From a virus (taxonomy: Duplodnaviria; Caudoviricetes), in IMG/VR virus record IMGVR_UViG_3300044667_000052, positions 1 through 34,796 of that record: a DNA stretch of 34,796 bases, one strand, 5' to 3'. The position numbers and the translations under genes are program-made. The notes under the pieces were generated by a model. It ran no database searches, was not told the DNA's origin, and worked only from the letters and a program-made list of their open reading frames with translations. Positions 6,818-14,774 of the stretch are shown piece by piece (positions within the stretch are counted from its first letter, which is position 1; each line of letters opens with the position of its first letter).

Positions 6818-7828
6818 CTAGTAAGAGTTATCTACCCTTCTTTGGTGTCTTGATCGTCTGAACGATCGCGGTTCGTCTGTTGTTGGCAGACTGGGCCGCT
6901 TTGACTGGCATGAATTTGCCAGTGATCGCACCTTGCCTTCGATGCCCTTCATGGCAAGCGCCGCACGATCCCCATCGGTAAAGCCGAGGGCAGTACGGGT
7001 GTTGTAGCGGAAATCAAACTCCGCGAGATAGCGCTTCAGGTGCTGCGCGCTGACGTGATGGTACACGCCGTTGATGCCACGCTTGAGAATCGAGAAATAG
7101 CCCTCAATCGTGTTGGTGTGCGCGTCACCGCGAACATATTCGCCGATGCTGTGATTGACGGTGGCGTACTTGGCAAACTCCTTGCCGAGACGCGCGCCGC
7201 CGTCGTCGCTCATCACATACGTGGCGGCGTCAAGCTGGGCTTGCAGGATAGGACGCAGCGTCTTGGCAGTAACGGACGGGACATGATGCGAGCGAACCTT
7301 GCCGCCGCGCTCGACCAGCGCAAAGGCAATCTCTTTGTCCATGCCGCCACGGTTCTTGGCGCGCTTGTTGCGATGCTTGTTCTTGTCCTTGCCGCCGATA
7401 TACGTCTCGTCAATCTCGACAGTCTTGCCTTCGCCGCCCATCGGTTCGGTCGGGTTCAATTCGCGCATTGCTTCACGCAGACGGTGCATCATGAACCATG
7501 CAGTCTTGTACGTGACGCCAAGGGTGCGGTGGATCTGATGTGCGCTCATTCCCTTCTTGCTCGAATTGAGCAGGTGAGCAGCCATCCACCACTTGGTCAG
7601 CGGGATTTTGCTGCGCTCAAAGACAGTGCCGACAGTGACGGTGAACTGGCCCTTGCAGCCGTTGCAGTAGAACAAGCCCGGGCGAGCGCTCTTGCCTTCG
7701 ATGCGCGCCACGTCGTCCCCAGTCGTGCCACAATGCGGGCAGACAGGACCGTTCGGCCAGCGGATCGATTCGAGCGCCGCGCGGGCCTCATCTTCGTTGT
7801 TGAAAATCGGAGCCTGAAAAGTAGCCAT
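6818..7828 (-). CDS. IS1595-family DDE transposase; last residues apparently replaced
   Basis: Zn ribbon CPHC...YCNGC, HTH (YKTAWFMMHRLR), VEIDETYIGG, MSD, VNH, HTNTIEGYFSILK, YLAEFDFRYN. Confidence 0.95.
   Translation of the reverse strand: MATFQAPIFNNEDEARAALESIRWPNGPVCPHCGTTGDDVARIEGKSARPGLFYCNGCKGQFTVTVGTVFERSKIPLTKWWMAAHLLNSSKKGMSAHQIHRTLGVTYKTAWFMMHRLREAMRELNPTEPMGGEGKTVEIDETYIGGKDKNKHRNKRAKNRGGMDKEIAFALVERGGKVRSHHVPSVTAKTLRPILQAQLDAATYVMSDDGGARLGKEFAKYATVNHSIGEYVRGDAHTNTIEGYFSILKRGINGVYHHVSAQHLKRYLAEFDFRYNTRTALGFTDGDRAALAMKGIEGKVRSLANSCQSKRPSLPTTDEPRSFRRSRHQRRVDNSY
6828..6932 (-). pseudogene. 5'-truncated remnant of a small basic protein gene (GAITGKFMPVKAAQ...TAIVQTIKTPKKGR)
   Basis: Alternative frame directly after transposase codon GK. 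Resembles small GRxAxTGxF proteins recalled from IS1595 neighbourhoods. No start before the motif. Confidence 0.5.
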
Positions 7829-7848
7829 GAAAATCCCCTATGGCTGCT

Positions 7849-7876
7849 ATCCTAGCCCTAGATGCACTTTTGTCAA
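7849..7876 (-). promoter_or_regulatory. Transposase promoter partly within the terminal repeat
   Basis: Minus-strand TTGACA (7876-7871), 16 bp, TAGGAT, then GGGGA before ATG 7828. Confidence 0.7.
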
Positions 7877-8401
7877 GTATATAATTCCCGTCAAAAGGAT
7901 CATAATAGGAGCCGAGGGGCCTGCTCACCTTTCCCTCCAACTGTTCTTGTTCGCGCCATAGGCGGCGAAAATCTGCTTTTGCGAGTTGCTTAACTTCATT
8001 TCATGAAGCATGGGCATTGGTTTGACGCCGAAGCCGAGATACCAGCGGCTACCGTTGTGGTTCATCAGACGGACGATAGCGAAACGCGATTCAACGAGCG
8101 GCTTGGAAAAATTGCGAGAGTGCGAGCCGCACCAGCGAAGCGCAAGCGAAAGAAGCCGACATGAAGCGCGCGGACGATCTCCCCGATTTGGAAGATTTAT
8201 TGGAAGCGGGAATGCCCTTATGGCGCGCGCTGGAGGTCTGGGCAGCTACGCGCCACGCTTCTCCAGCAGCTCGACCAACCGAGCCAAGTTCCGGTTTATC
8301 TGACCGAGCTGATAAGCCGCGTACTCGGCTGCATTAGCAAGGCGCGCCTCGGGCTGAGGAAAAGTTGTGGGCGTACGGAGTGAACAGGCTGTCCGAGCCT
8401 A

Positions 8402-8617
8402 TTAGACGCGGATCAATGTCATCAGCCTGCGCAAGCTCTGCTCGCGCTCGCAGGTGCGGCCGGCGCACCACATGTTGAGGCTGTTGATCGGCACCCTGAG
8501 TTCATCTGCCGCCGCCTGGCGCGATCCGACCTGCTGCGCCCATTCTTTGAGGCAGACCGAGAATTCGCGCTTGTCGGCTTCCCAGTTGTGGCGTAGCTTC
8601 ATCGGGCTCTTGACCAT
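8402..8617 (-). CDS. Small HTH (XRE-like) protein
   Basis: LKEWAQQVGSRQAAADELRVPINSLNMWCAGR HTH pattern. Confidence 0.75.
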   Translation of the reverse strand: MVKSPMKLRHNWEADKREFSVCLKEWAQQVGSRQAAADELRVPINSLNMWCAGRTCEREQSLRRLMTLIRV

Positions 8618-8719
8618 GCGGCTGCTACGGCTTCCGTTATTGTGAGATCAGAGCAAGGGCCTCGCTTCCGAGCGCCCCAGCCAGAGGGCCAGCCTCCCCG
8701 GTTGGCCCTCACTGCTTTT

Positions 8720-9094
8720 TCAGGCGGCTTCTTCGGCCCGGATTTCGGCGATCAGGGACAGCACTTGCGCTTTGGCGTCGGCAACGAGCTTGTCGAATTT
8801 GTATTCTTCGATTTCGGTCGCGATGTATTCGCCATCGTCCTCGATGGTGTCGACCAGATTGTCGATGCGCATCGTAAAATCCGAGCCATGCTGATCGGCA
8901 TGGTCGGAAAAGCGGGCCTTCACCTCGCCGATCCCGTCGCCGTCAGCATCGTAGACATGGACCTCGACATAGGCCGAGCACGACTGGCCGGAGAGGCCGA
9001 AGCGGCTATCGATGCCATCGGCCTTGAGTGCGTCGATCAAGGTGTAAGCCAGATCAGATGTCAGGGCCGGGAAGTTGTCGTAGCGCTTGGTCAT
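8720..9094 (-). CDS. Acidic hypothetical protein with S-x-Y...R-F-S-D-H motif
   Basis: GAGG before ATG 9094. Own promoter upstream. Confidence 0.8.
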   Translation of the reverse strand: MTKRYDNFPALTSDLAYTLIDALKADGIDSRFGLSGQSCSAYVEVHVYDADGDGIGEVKARFSDHADQHGSDFTMRIDNLVDTIEDDGEYIATEIEEYKFDKLVADAKAQVLSLIAEIRAEEAA

Positions 9095-9119
9095 CGCAGC
9101 CTCGCTTGCTGATGATGTG

Positions 9120-9148
9120 AATATATCGCTACGATATATCATAGTCCA
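9120..9148 (-). promoter_or_regulatory. Promoter overlapped by palindromic operator ATATATCG-cta-CGATATAT
   Basis: Minus-strand TGGACT (9148-9143), 17 bp, TATATT (9125-9120). Perfect 8-bp inverted repeat at 9121-9139. Confidence 0.7.
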
Positions 9149-9181
9149 ATCACGAAATATTACAGCCAAGGAAAAATCGAA

Positions 9182-9268
9182 ATGGCCAAAGGATCGAAGC
9201 AGAAGCCCATGCCGTCCAAGGGTTCAAAAGGCGGCTACTCATCCAAGGGCGGAAAGAAGGGCTGCTGA
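9182..9268 (+). CDS. 28-aa Lys/Gly/Ser-rich peptide
   Basis: AAGGA upstream. MAKGSKQKPMPSKGSKGGYSSKGGKKGC. TGATG coupling to the next gene. Confidence 0.6.
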   Translation: MAKGSKQKPMPSKGSKGGYSSKGGKKGC

Positions 9269-9483
9269 TGGCCAAGCTCTCCGCCGGCAAGCGCCGGTCA
9301 ATGCCGAAGGGCCAGTTCGCTGGCCCGGGCAAATCATTCCCGATCAATGATCGGACCCATGCCAAACTGGCGATAGCGGGTGCGACCCGATCGGAGCGCG
9401 CCGGCAATATCTCGGCTTCGGAAGCCGGCCGGATCAAGGCCAAGGCCCGCAAGAAGCTCGGGCTTCTCAGCAATATCGGATGA
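9268..9483 (+). CDS. Small basic phage protein (DUF6582-like)
   Basis: AKLSAGKRRSMPKGQFAGPGKSFPINDRTHA pattern, common in front of terminase genes. Confidence 0.75.
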   Translation: MAKLSAGKRRSMPKGQFAGPGKSFPINDRTHAKLAIAGATRSERAGNISASEAGRIKAKARKKLGLLSNIG

Positions 9484-9586
9484 AGGCGGTCGCGGTCGTC
9501 ATTTTCCTGTCGGGTACGCCGCCCCAATCCTACTGGCTATGTCGACCGTGTGATTCCGCCGCGACATTCAAGGTCCGGTTTGGCCA

Positions 9587-10105
9587 ATGGCAACAGGTCA
9601 GAAAGCCGCTCTTTCGGATATCGAGCGCGCCGCGGTCCAAATCCTGATCAGCCGAGAGCTTTCGAGCTACGTCGACCAACTCAACAGGCACTTAATGAGC
9701 GTCCAAGACCTCAAGGAGGCGCTACGTCATGTGCCGGGTATCGAGACCCTGACCATCCGGCAGGGCAGTGACGGCGATCAGATTGTCTCAATTCGGGGCC
9801 GAGCGGTCAGCCTGAAGGCCGATGCAACGCCGGCAGAGATCGAGGCCGCGTTTGCTACGCCGTTGCCGCCCAATCAATTTGTGACGACGAGACAAGCCAT
9901 GAGCATTACAGGTGCAAGCTCGCTGAAAGCCAAATTCGAGGCCGCGAAAGCCCGGAAAGCAGCGATCGAGCAGCGCGCGGAAAACGCGGTCAAGCAATAC
10001 AACGATGCCGGCGACATCGCGGAAGGCGCGATTAAGAAGCTCGAGGATGACGCGCAGGCTTTGCTGGCCGAGGTGAAAGACTTCTCGAACGGGGCGCCGG
10101 AATGA
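9587..10105 (+). CDS. Hypothetical protein with C-terminal coiled coil
   Basis: 172-aa ORF with phage-like codon usage. ATGA overlap downstream. Confidence 0.7.
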   Translation: MATGQKAALSDIERAAVQILISRELSSYVDQLNRHLMSVQDLKEALRHVPGIETLTIRQGSDGDQIVSIRGRAVSLKADATPAEIEAAFATPLPPNQFVTTRQAMSITGASSLKAKFEAAKARKAAIEQRAENAVKQYNDAGDIAEGAIKKLEDDAQALLAEVKDFSNGAPE

Positions 10106-10260
10106 GCATCGTTGATCGGGCACTGGATAAGAGCGACCAGCGACTCCTGCGACTCATGACAAAGCGGGTCGGAGTCGCGTTGCGGGGCCAGCGGGAAAAT
10201 GGTCATGTCCGGTGCGAACAAGGGCCGGGGCAGTACATGCTTTGGTCCCTAGAACGCTAG
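10102..10260 (+). CDS. 52-aa ORF, possibly the C-terminal remnant of a larger DNA-binding protein gene
   Basis: ATGA-coupled. MSIVDRALDKSDQRLLRLMTKRVGVALRGQRENGHVRCEQGPGQYMLWSLER. Confidence 0.5.
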   Translation: MSIVDRALDKSDQRLLRLMTKRVGVALRGQRENGHVRCEQGPGQYMLWSLER

Positions 10261-10501
10261 CGAATTGAGTCACTGCGCTGGAGAAGGGCGGAATTTCATT
10301 TGTCGAAGATGAAAAGATGCGGGGCTTGGTAGCCCCGCGCTAGACGCGATTCGCTGAGTCTGCTAGAAAAATGGGGCGCTAAGCCCCATATTCTATTATG
10401 TGGGTTTGCCACATGGGTTGCTCCTTTCCCGGTCGCGGCCGGGGCTTGAGTGCTCAGTGTCATCGGGCTGCTCCGCCAAGATTGGCCCTCTGACGGTGGT
10501 A

Positions 10502-10572
10502 CGGTGGAGGTAGAGGGATTTGCACCCTCGGGGCGTTGGATGGAAAGCCGCACCCCGCACTACGCTACCCCC
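10502..10572 (-). ncRNA. tRNA-like element: acceptor stem with G3.U70 and A73, T-arm, no proper D-arm
   Basis: GGGGGUA/UACCUCC-A-CCG acceptor; GAGGG-UGCAAAU-CCCUC T-arm; central stem GGGGUG/CGCCCC. Confidence 0.5.
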
Positions 10573-10673
10573 AGTTCTCATGAAGCGGCGGCCCCGCATC
10601 GACAGCGTTATGTTGTCATGTGCCACCTACCTTTCGAGCCGCCTGCCAGCGGCTGCCACACTTGGTTCGAGAT

Positions 10674-10703
10674 GCCGGAGCCGAAAGGCTCCGGTTTTCG
10701 TTT
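10674..10703 (+). terminator. Rho-independent terminator upstream of terS
   Basis: CCGGAGCC-GAAA-GGCTCCGG followed by TTTTCGTTTT. Confidence 0.75.
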
Positions 10704-10829
10704 TGCGATCCTCATCACTTCAAAAACCATTTGCGATGCCGGTTCGCGAGAAGCTGGCGCTTTTCCAGCCGCGACAATGCCGTGCGGATTTGGGGCTCGG
10801 CATTGGCGGCATAACCCCTCAAAACTCAA

Positions 10830-11045
10830 ATGGCTAAAACCCCTACCGAAATCCGCTCTTTAGCGCGGCAACACACTGCCAAGGCGCTGCAAGTGCTTTC
10901 AGGCATCATGAACGAGCCCGACGCACCTGCTGCCGCTCGTGTTGCTGCTGCCAATGCCCTGCTTGATCGAGGTTGGGGTAAGCCTACTCAGCCGATATCA
11001 GGCGATCAGGACGGAGCTCCGCTTGTCATCCGATGGCAGAAATAG
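10830..11045 (+). CDS. terS: Putative terminase small subunit
   Basis: ARVAAANALLDRGWGKPTQ motif. Overlaps the terL start. Confidence 0.7.
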   Translation: MAKTPTEIRSLARQHTAKALQVLSGIMNEPDAPAAARVAAANALLDRGWGKPTQPISGDQDGAPLVIRWQK

Positions 11046-12307
11046 TCATCCCGTATTCGCCACGGCCGCAATTCATCTCCTATCATGACCGAACTGAACG
11101 CTTTTCCAAGATCGTTGCGCATCGCCGCTTTGGCAAAACGGTCGGCTGCATTAACGACAAGATCAAGGCTGCGCTGAGCAACACGAGGCGATTCCCGCCG
11201 CCTCGCTATAGCTACGTTGCCCCGACCTACAGCCAGGCCAAGGACGTGGCGTGGGGCTACCTGAAGCACTACTCCGCGCCGATCCCCGGCATTCAGGTGA
11301 GCGAATCCGAGCTCTGGGTTGAGTACCCCAATGGAGCACGGATCAGGCTCTATGGCGCCGACAACTACGACCGGATGCGCGGCCTTTACAATGACGGCGT
11401 GACGATCGATGAGCCGGCGCAGATGGACCCTCGGGCATGGCCGGAGGTTATTCGCCCGACGCTCTCTGATTATACTGGCTGGGCGACTTTCATTGGCACT
11501 CCTGCTGGTCGCGATTGGTTTTTCAAGGTTGATCGTGACGAGACTGGATCGGAGCTTGAAGGATGGTTCCGGCTCACGCTGAAGGCCAGCGATACCGGGC
11601 TGATCAAGCCTGAGGAGCTGGCAAGCCTGCGCTCTGGCCTGACCGAGGAACAGTATGCGCAAGAGTTTGAATGTTCATTCGAGGCCGCTGTTGTCGGAGC
11701 CTATTATGGCAAGCTCATGCAGCAAGCGGAAGCCGACAAGCGAATTGCCGGCGTGCCTTACGAGCCTACAGCGCAGGTATACACGGCTTGGGATTTGGGC
11801 ATTCGAGATTCGACAGCGATTTGGTTCGCTCAGGTTGTGGGGCGCGAAATCCACCTCATCGATTATTACGAGGCGACCGGCGCCGATCTTGGTCATTATG
11901 TCCGCGAAATCAATTCGCGGCCTTACGTGTACGCAGGCCACATTGTTCCGCACGACGCGCAGGCTAAGGAGCTTGGAACGGGCAAGAGCCGCTTGGAAGT
12001 TCTGGAAAGCCTTGGCTTGAAGAACCTGACGATTGCGGCAATGCATCGTGTCGAGGACGGCATTAACGCGGTGAGGACCGTTCTGCCGCGGTGCTGGTTT
12101 GATCGCACCAAATGCGCGCGCGGCATTGATGCGCTGAAGCTGTACCGGGCTGAGTTTGACGATAAGCTGATGGCGCTGAAGCCGAGGCCGGTGCACGACT
12201 GGGCTAGCCACGGGGCTGACGGGTTTCGGTATCTGGCAATGACACTGGATAGCCAAATTCGCATGTCGGCCGAAATGTTTGAACCTGAGGAAGATTGGGT
12301 TGTCTAG
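11033..12307 (+). CDS. terL: Terminase large subunit
   Basis: Walker A HRRFGKT, Walker B VTIDEPA, FIGTP, and nuclease motifs WDLG and SHGADGFRY. Confidence 0.96.
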   Translation: MAEIVIPYSPRPQFISYHDRTERFSKIVAHRRFGKTVGCINDKIKAALSNTRRFPPPRYSYVAPTYSQAKDVAWGYLKHYSAPIPGIQVSESELWVEYPNGARIRLYGADNYDRMRGLYNDGVTIDEPAQMDPRAWPEVIRPTLSDYTGWATFIGTPAGRDWFFKVDRDETGSELEGWFRLTLKASDTGLIKPEELASLRSGLTEEQYAQEFECSFEAAVVGAYYGKLMQQAEADKRIAGVPYEPTAQVYTAWDLGIRDSTAIWFAQVVGREIHLIDYYEATGADLGHYVREINSRPYVYAGHIVPHDAQAKELGTGKSRLEVLESLGLKNLTIAAMHRVEDGINAVRTVLPRCWFDRTKCARGIDALKLYRAEFDDKLMALKPRPVHDWASHGADGFRYLAMTLDSQIRMSAEMFEPEEDWVV

Positions 12308-12310
12308 GAC

Positions 12311-14509
12311 ATGACTGATCGCATGGACGACGACAGGCTGAAGGCTCTGTTGTCGCAGGAAATCAGTTCTGCCCTGACCTATGAGGACACCGAGCTCTCG
12401 CAAAAGCGGTCGCGTGCGCTCGAATACTATCGCGGCGAAATGAACGACACGCCGGCCATGTCCGGGCGATCCTCGGTCGTCTCGAAAGACGTGGCTGATA
12501 CCATTGGCTGGATGCTGCCGGGTATCATCCGGGTGTTCATGGCCTCCGATCAGATGGCGATCTACGAGCCGGAGCGGCCCGGTGATGAGCCGTTCGCCAA
12601 GCAGGCGACCGACTACATCAACTACGTTTTCACGCGCGAGAACCCCGGCTATCGCATCATGTGGGATGCGACTCACGACTCTTTGTTGCTCGGCAATGGC
12701 ATCATCAAGCATTGGTGGGACGACAAGGAGGAGTGCGAATATTCGGAGCATTCCGGCCTGACCGAAGAGCAGATCGCAATCATCGAGACCGATCAGTTTG
12801 TCGAGGTCGTGGCGCAGAAGCAGGGTGAACCGCAGGTTATCCTTGCGCCGGGTCCGACCGGCCAGATGATGCAGGTGCCGGTCCAGACCTATGACGTCAA
12901 GGTCAAGCGCGTTGTGCGCTCGGGCAGGCTGCGGGTCGAGTGCATCGAGCCTGAAGATTTTCTGTTGGACCGCGAGGCTACCCAGATCGAGAACGCGCGA
13001 TTCTGTGCGCATCGGCGGGACGTGACCCGTTCCGAACTGATCGAAATGGGGTTCGATAAGGCCACAGTCGAAGAATTGCCAGCCGATCGGTTCTCGTCGA
13101 TCCAGCAGGAGAAGATTTCGCGCGACGTTGGCACGCAGACGTTCTTCAACAACGTCGGTGACAATTCCATGATGCTGGTGGAACTGTTTGAGTGCTACGT
13201 GAAAGCCGACGTGGATGGTGACGGCATTGCCGAGACCGTGCGCGCTTTCTATGCCGGCAACGCGGGCTCGGGCGAAATGCTGGATTGGGAGGTCTGGGAG
13301 GACGATGTTCCGTTTTCCGATATCCCGTGCGAGCCTATTCCGCACCGCTGGGACGCGCGCTCGATCTATGATGACACGAGCGATATCCAGCGGGTCAAGA
13401 CCGTCCTGACCCGGCAGTTTCTGGACAACACCTATTGGGTCAACAACCCGATGACGGCGGCCGAGGAAAATTCGGTCATCAATCCCGAGACGTTGCGAAG
13501 CCCGCGCTTCGGCTCAACGGTGTGGTACAAGAAGGGCGCGGAAATTCCGCAAGGGCTGCCTGTCCCGTACATTGGCGACAAAGCGTTGCTCGCCCTGCAG
13601 CACTTCGACCAGGTACGGGAAATGCGCACCGGCGTGTCGCGCTCGACCATGGCGCTTGATCCTGAGGCGTTGCAGAACCAGACGGCGACGGCAAGCCAGA
13701 ACCAGAAGGATTCGGCTTACTCGCAGATCGAGCTGGTTGCCCGCAATCAGGCTGAGCTTGGCTGGCGTCGTGTGTTCAAGCAGTTGCTGAAACTGATCGT
13801 GAAGCATCAGGATCGACCGCGAACGATCAGGCTCCGCGATACCTGGGTTGAAATGGACCCGCGCTCGTGGAACGCGAACATGGACGTGACGATCAATATC
13901 GGGCTCGGCACCGGCTCGCGTGACCGCGACATGGCGATGCTGAACCAGATATTGAACGTGCAGATTGCGATGACCGATCGGTTGGGGTCTGCCGGTTTCT
14001 CGGATCAGGCCCTTGAGATGGTGCCGAAGATCAATCAGACCGCGATCAAGCTGGCTGAGAGCGCGGGCATCAAGAACCCGGACCAGTTCTATCTTGATAT
14101 CAAGCCGGAAATGCTCGAGCAGATGAAGCAGGAGGCGTCTCAGCGTACCGATCCCAAGTTGCAGATTGAGCAACTGAGGGCTCAGACGCAGATGCTGATC
14201 CAGCAGTCCGAGCAACAGTCCAACCAAATTCGGGCACAGGCTGAAATTCAGAAATCGGCGGCGGAAGCGCAAGTCAAGATCATCGAGGCCAACGCGGCAG
14301 CGCGCGAATCCGAGTTGAAGCAGCAGTTGGCGGCAGCGCAAATTCAGGTCGATCAATTGAAGGCTCAAGCGCAGAATCAGACGGTACTGGCCAAGGCCGC
14401 GCTGGACAATCTGGTTAAGCTGGAAATTGCGCGGATCAATGCCAGCAAGGACACCGATACCAAGCCGGATGCGGTTGAGAGCAAGCTTAGCCAGGACGCA
14501 GGCGTGTGA
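12311..14509 (+). CDS. Portal protein with Gln/Ala-rich C-terminal coiled coil
   Basis: 732 aa directly after terL. ALEYYRG, GRSSVVS.DV.DTI and helical barrel-like tail typical of podovirus (P22/SU10-like) portals. Confidence 0.92.
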   Translation: MTDRMDDDRLKALLSQEISSALTYEDTELSQKRSRALEYYRGEMNDTPAMSGRSSVVSKDVADTIGWMLPGIIRVFMASDQMAIYEPERPGDEPFAKQATDYINYVFTRENPGYRIMWDATHDSLLLGNGIIKHWWDDKEECEYSEHSGLTEEQIAIIETDQFVEVVAQKQGEPQVILAPGPTGQMMQVPVQTYDVKVKRVVRSGRLRVECIEPEDFLLDREATQIENARFCAHRRDVTRSELIEMGFDKATVEELPADRFSSIQQEKISRDVGTQTFFNNVGDNSMMLVELFECYVKADVDGDGIAETVRAFYAGNAGSGEMLDWEVWEDDVPFSDIPCEPIPHRWDARSIYDDTSDIQRVKTVLTRQFLDNTYWVNNPMTAAEENSVINPETLRSPRFGSTVWYKKGAEIPQGLPVPYIGDKALLALQHFDQVREMRTGVSRSTMALDPEALQNQTATASQNQKDSAYSQIELVARNQAELGWRRVFKQLLKLIVKHQDRPRTIRLRDTWVEMDPRSWNANMDVTINIGLGTGSRDRDMAMLNQILNVQIAMTDRLGSAGFSDQALEMVPKINQTAIKLAESAGIKNPDQFYLDIKPEMLEQMKQEASQRTDPKLQIEQLRAQTQMLIQQSEQQSNQIRAQAEIQKSAAEAQVKIIEANAAARESELKQQLAAAQIQVDQLKAQAQNQTVLAKAALDNLVKLEIARINASKDTDTKPDAVESKLSQDAGV

Positions 14510-14745
14510 ACTCCGAGCATCTGGCCAAGGAAGCCGATCGGCTCAAATCCGATCCGATATTTTCGAAAGCGTTGGACGACATTCGCGCTGAAGCCCTCGA
14601 CGGGCTCGCGCTAGCCAACGCCGATGACAAGACAATGATCCTGCGGCTGCAACAGAAGGTCGCTGTGGTCGATGAAATCCGCACCATGCTTGATCGCTAC
14701 ATCATAGCGCAAGACGTGCAGGACCACGCGGGCTCCTTCGTCTAG
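14506..14745 (+). CDS. Small conserved head-module protein
   Basis: GTGA overlap with the portal. Lies between portal and scaffold. Confidence 0.8.
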   Translation: MNSEHLAKEADRLKSDPIFSKALDDIRAEALDGLALANADDKTMILRLQQKVAVVDEIRTMLDRYIIAQDVQDHAGSFV

Positions 14746-14774
14746 GATTCCCCGCCTACAGCAAGGAAAATCGA

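Larger units (their letters stand above)
5927..7889 (-). mobile_element. IS1595-family element (ISNwi1-type ends) with passenger genes, 1963 bp
   Basis: Perfect 24-bp terminal inverted repeats GGGAATTATATACTTGACAAAAGT at 5927-5950 and 7866-7889 (30 of 32 when extended), enclosing the transposase and cargo. No flanking direct repeat seen. Confidence 0.92.

Noticed and set aside
6740-6931. Possible group II intron or ribozyme (GTGCG right after transposase codon K, several hairpins)
   Set aside because: No domain V/VI, no RT gene and no resumed transposase exon. G-U strand evidence is mixed. A truncated small-protein frame explains the sequence better.
7040-7855. 271-aa plus-strand ORF
   Set aside because: Antisense shadow of the transposase.
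7890-8400. Short ORFs right of the IS (8010-8303; a 58-codon ORF from 8161)
   Set aside because: No SD or motif support; left unannotated.
11675-13345. 556-aa minus-strand ORF, and similar long antisense ORFs over the portal, scaffold and capsid genes
   Set aside because: Expected shadow frames of GC3-biased genes; they lack protein-family motifs.
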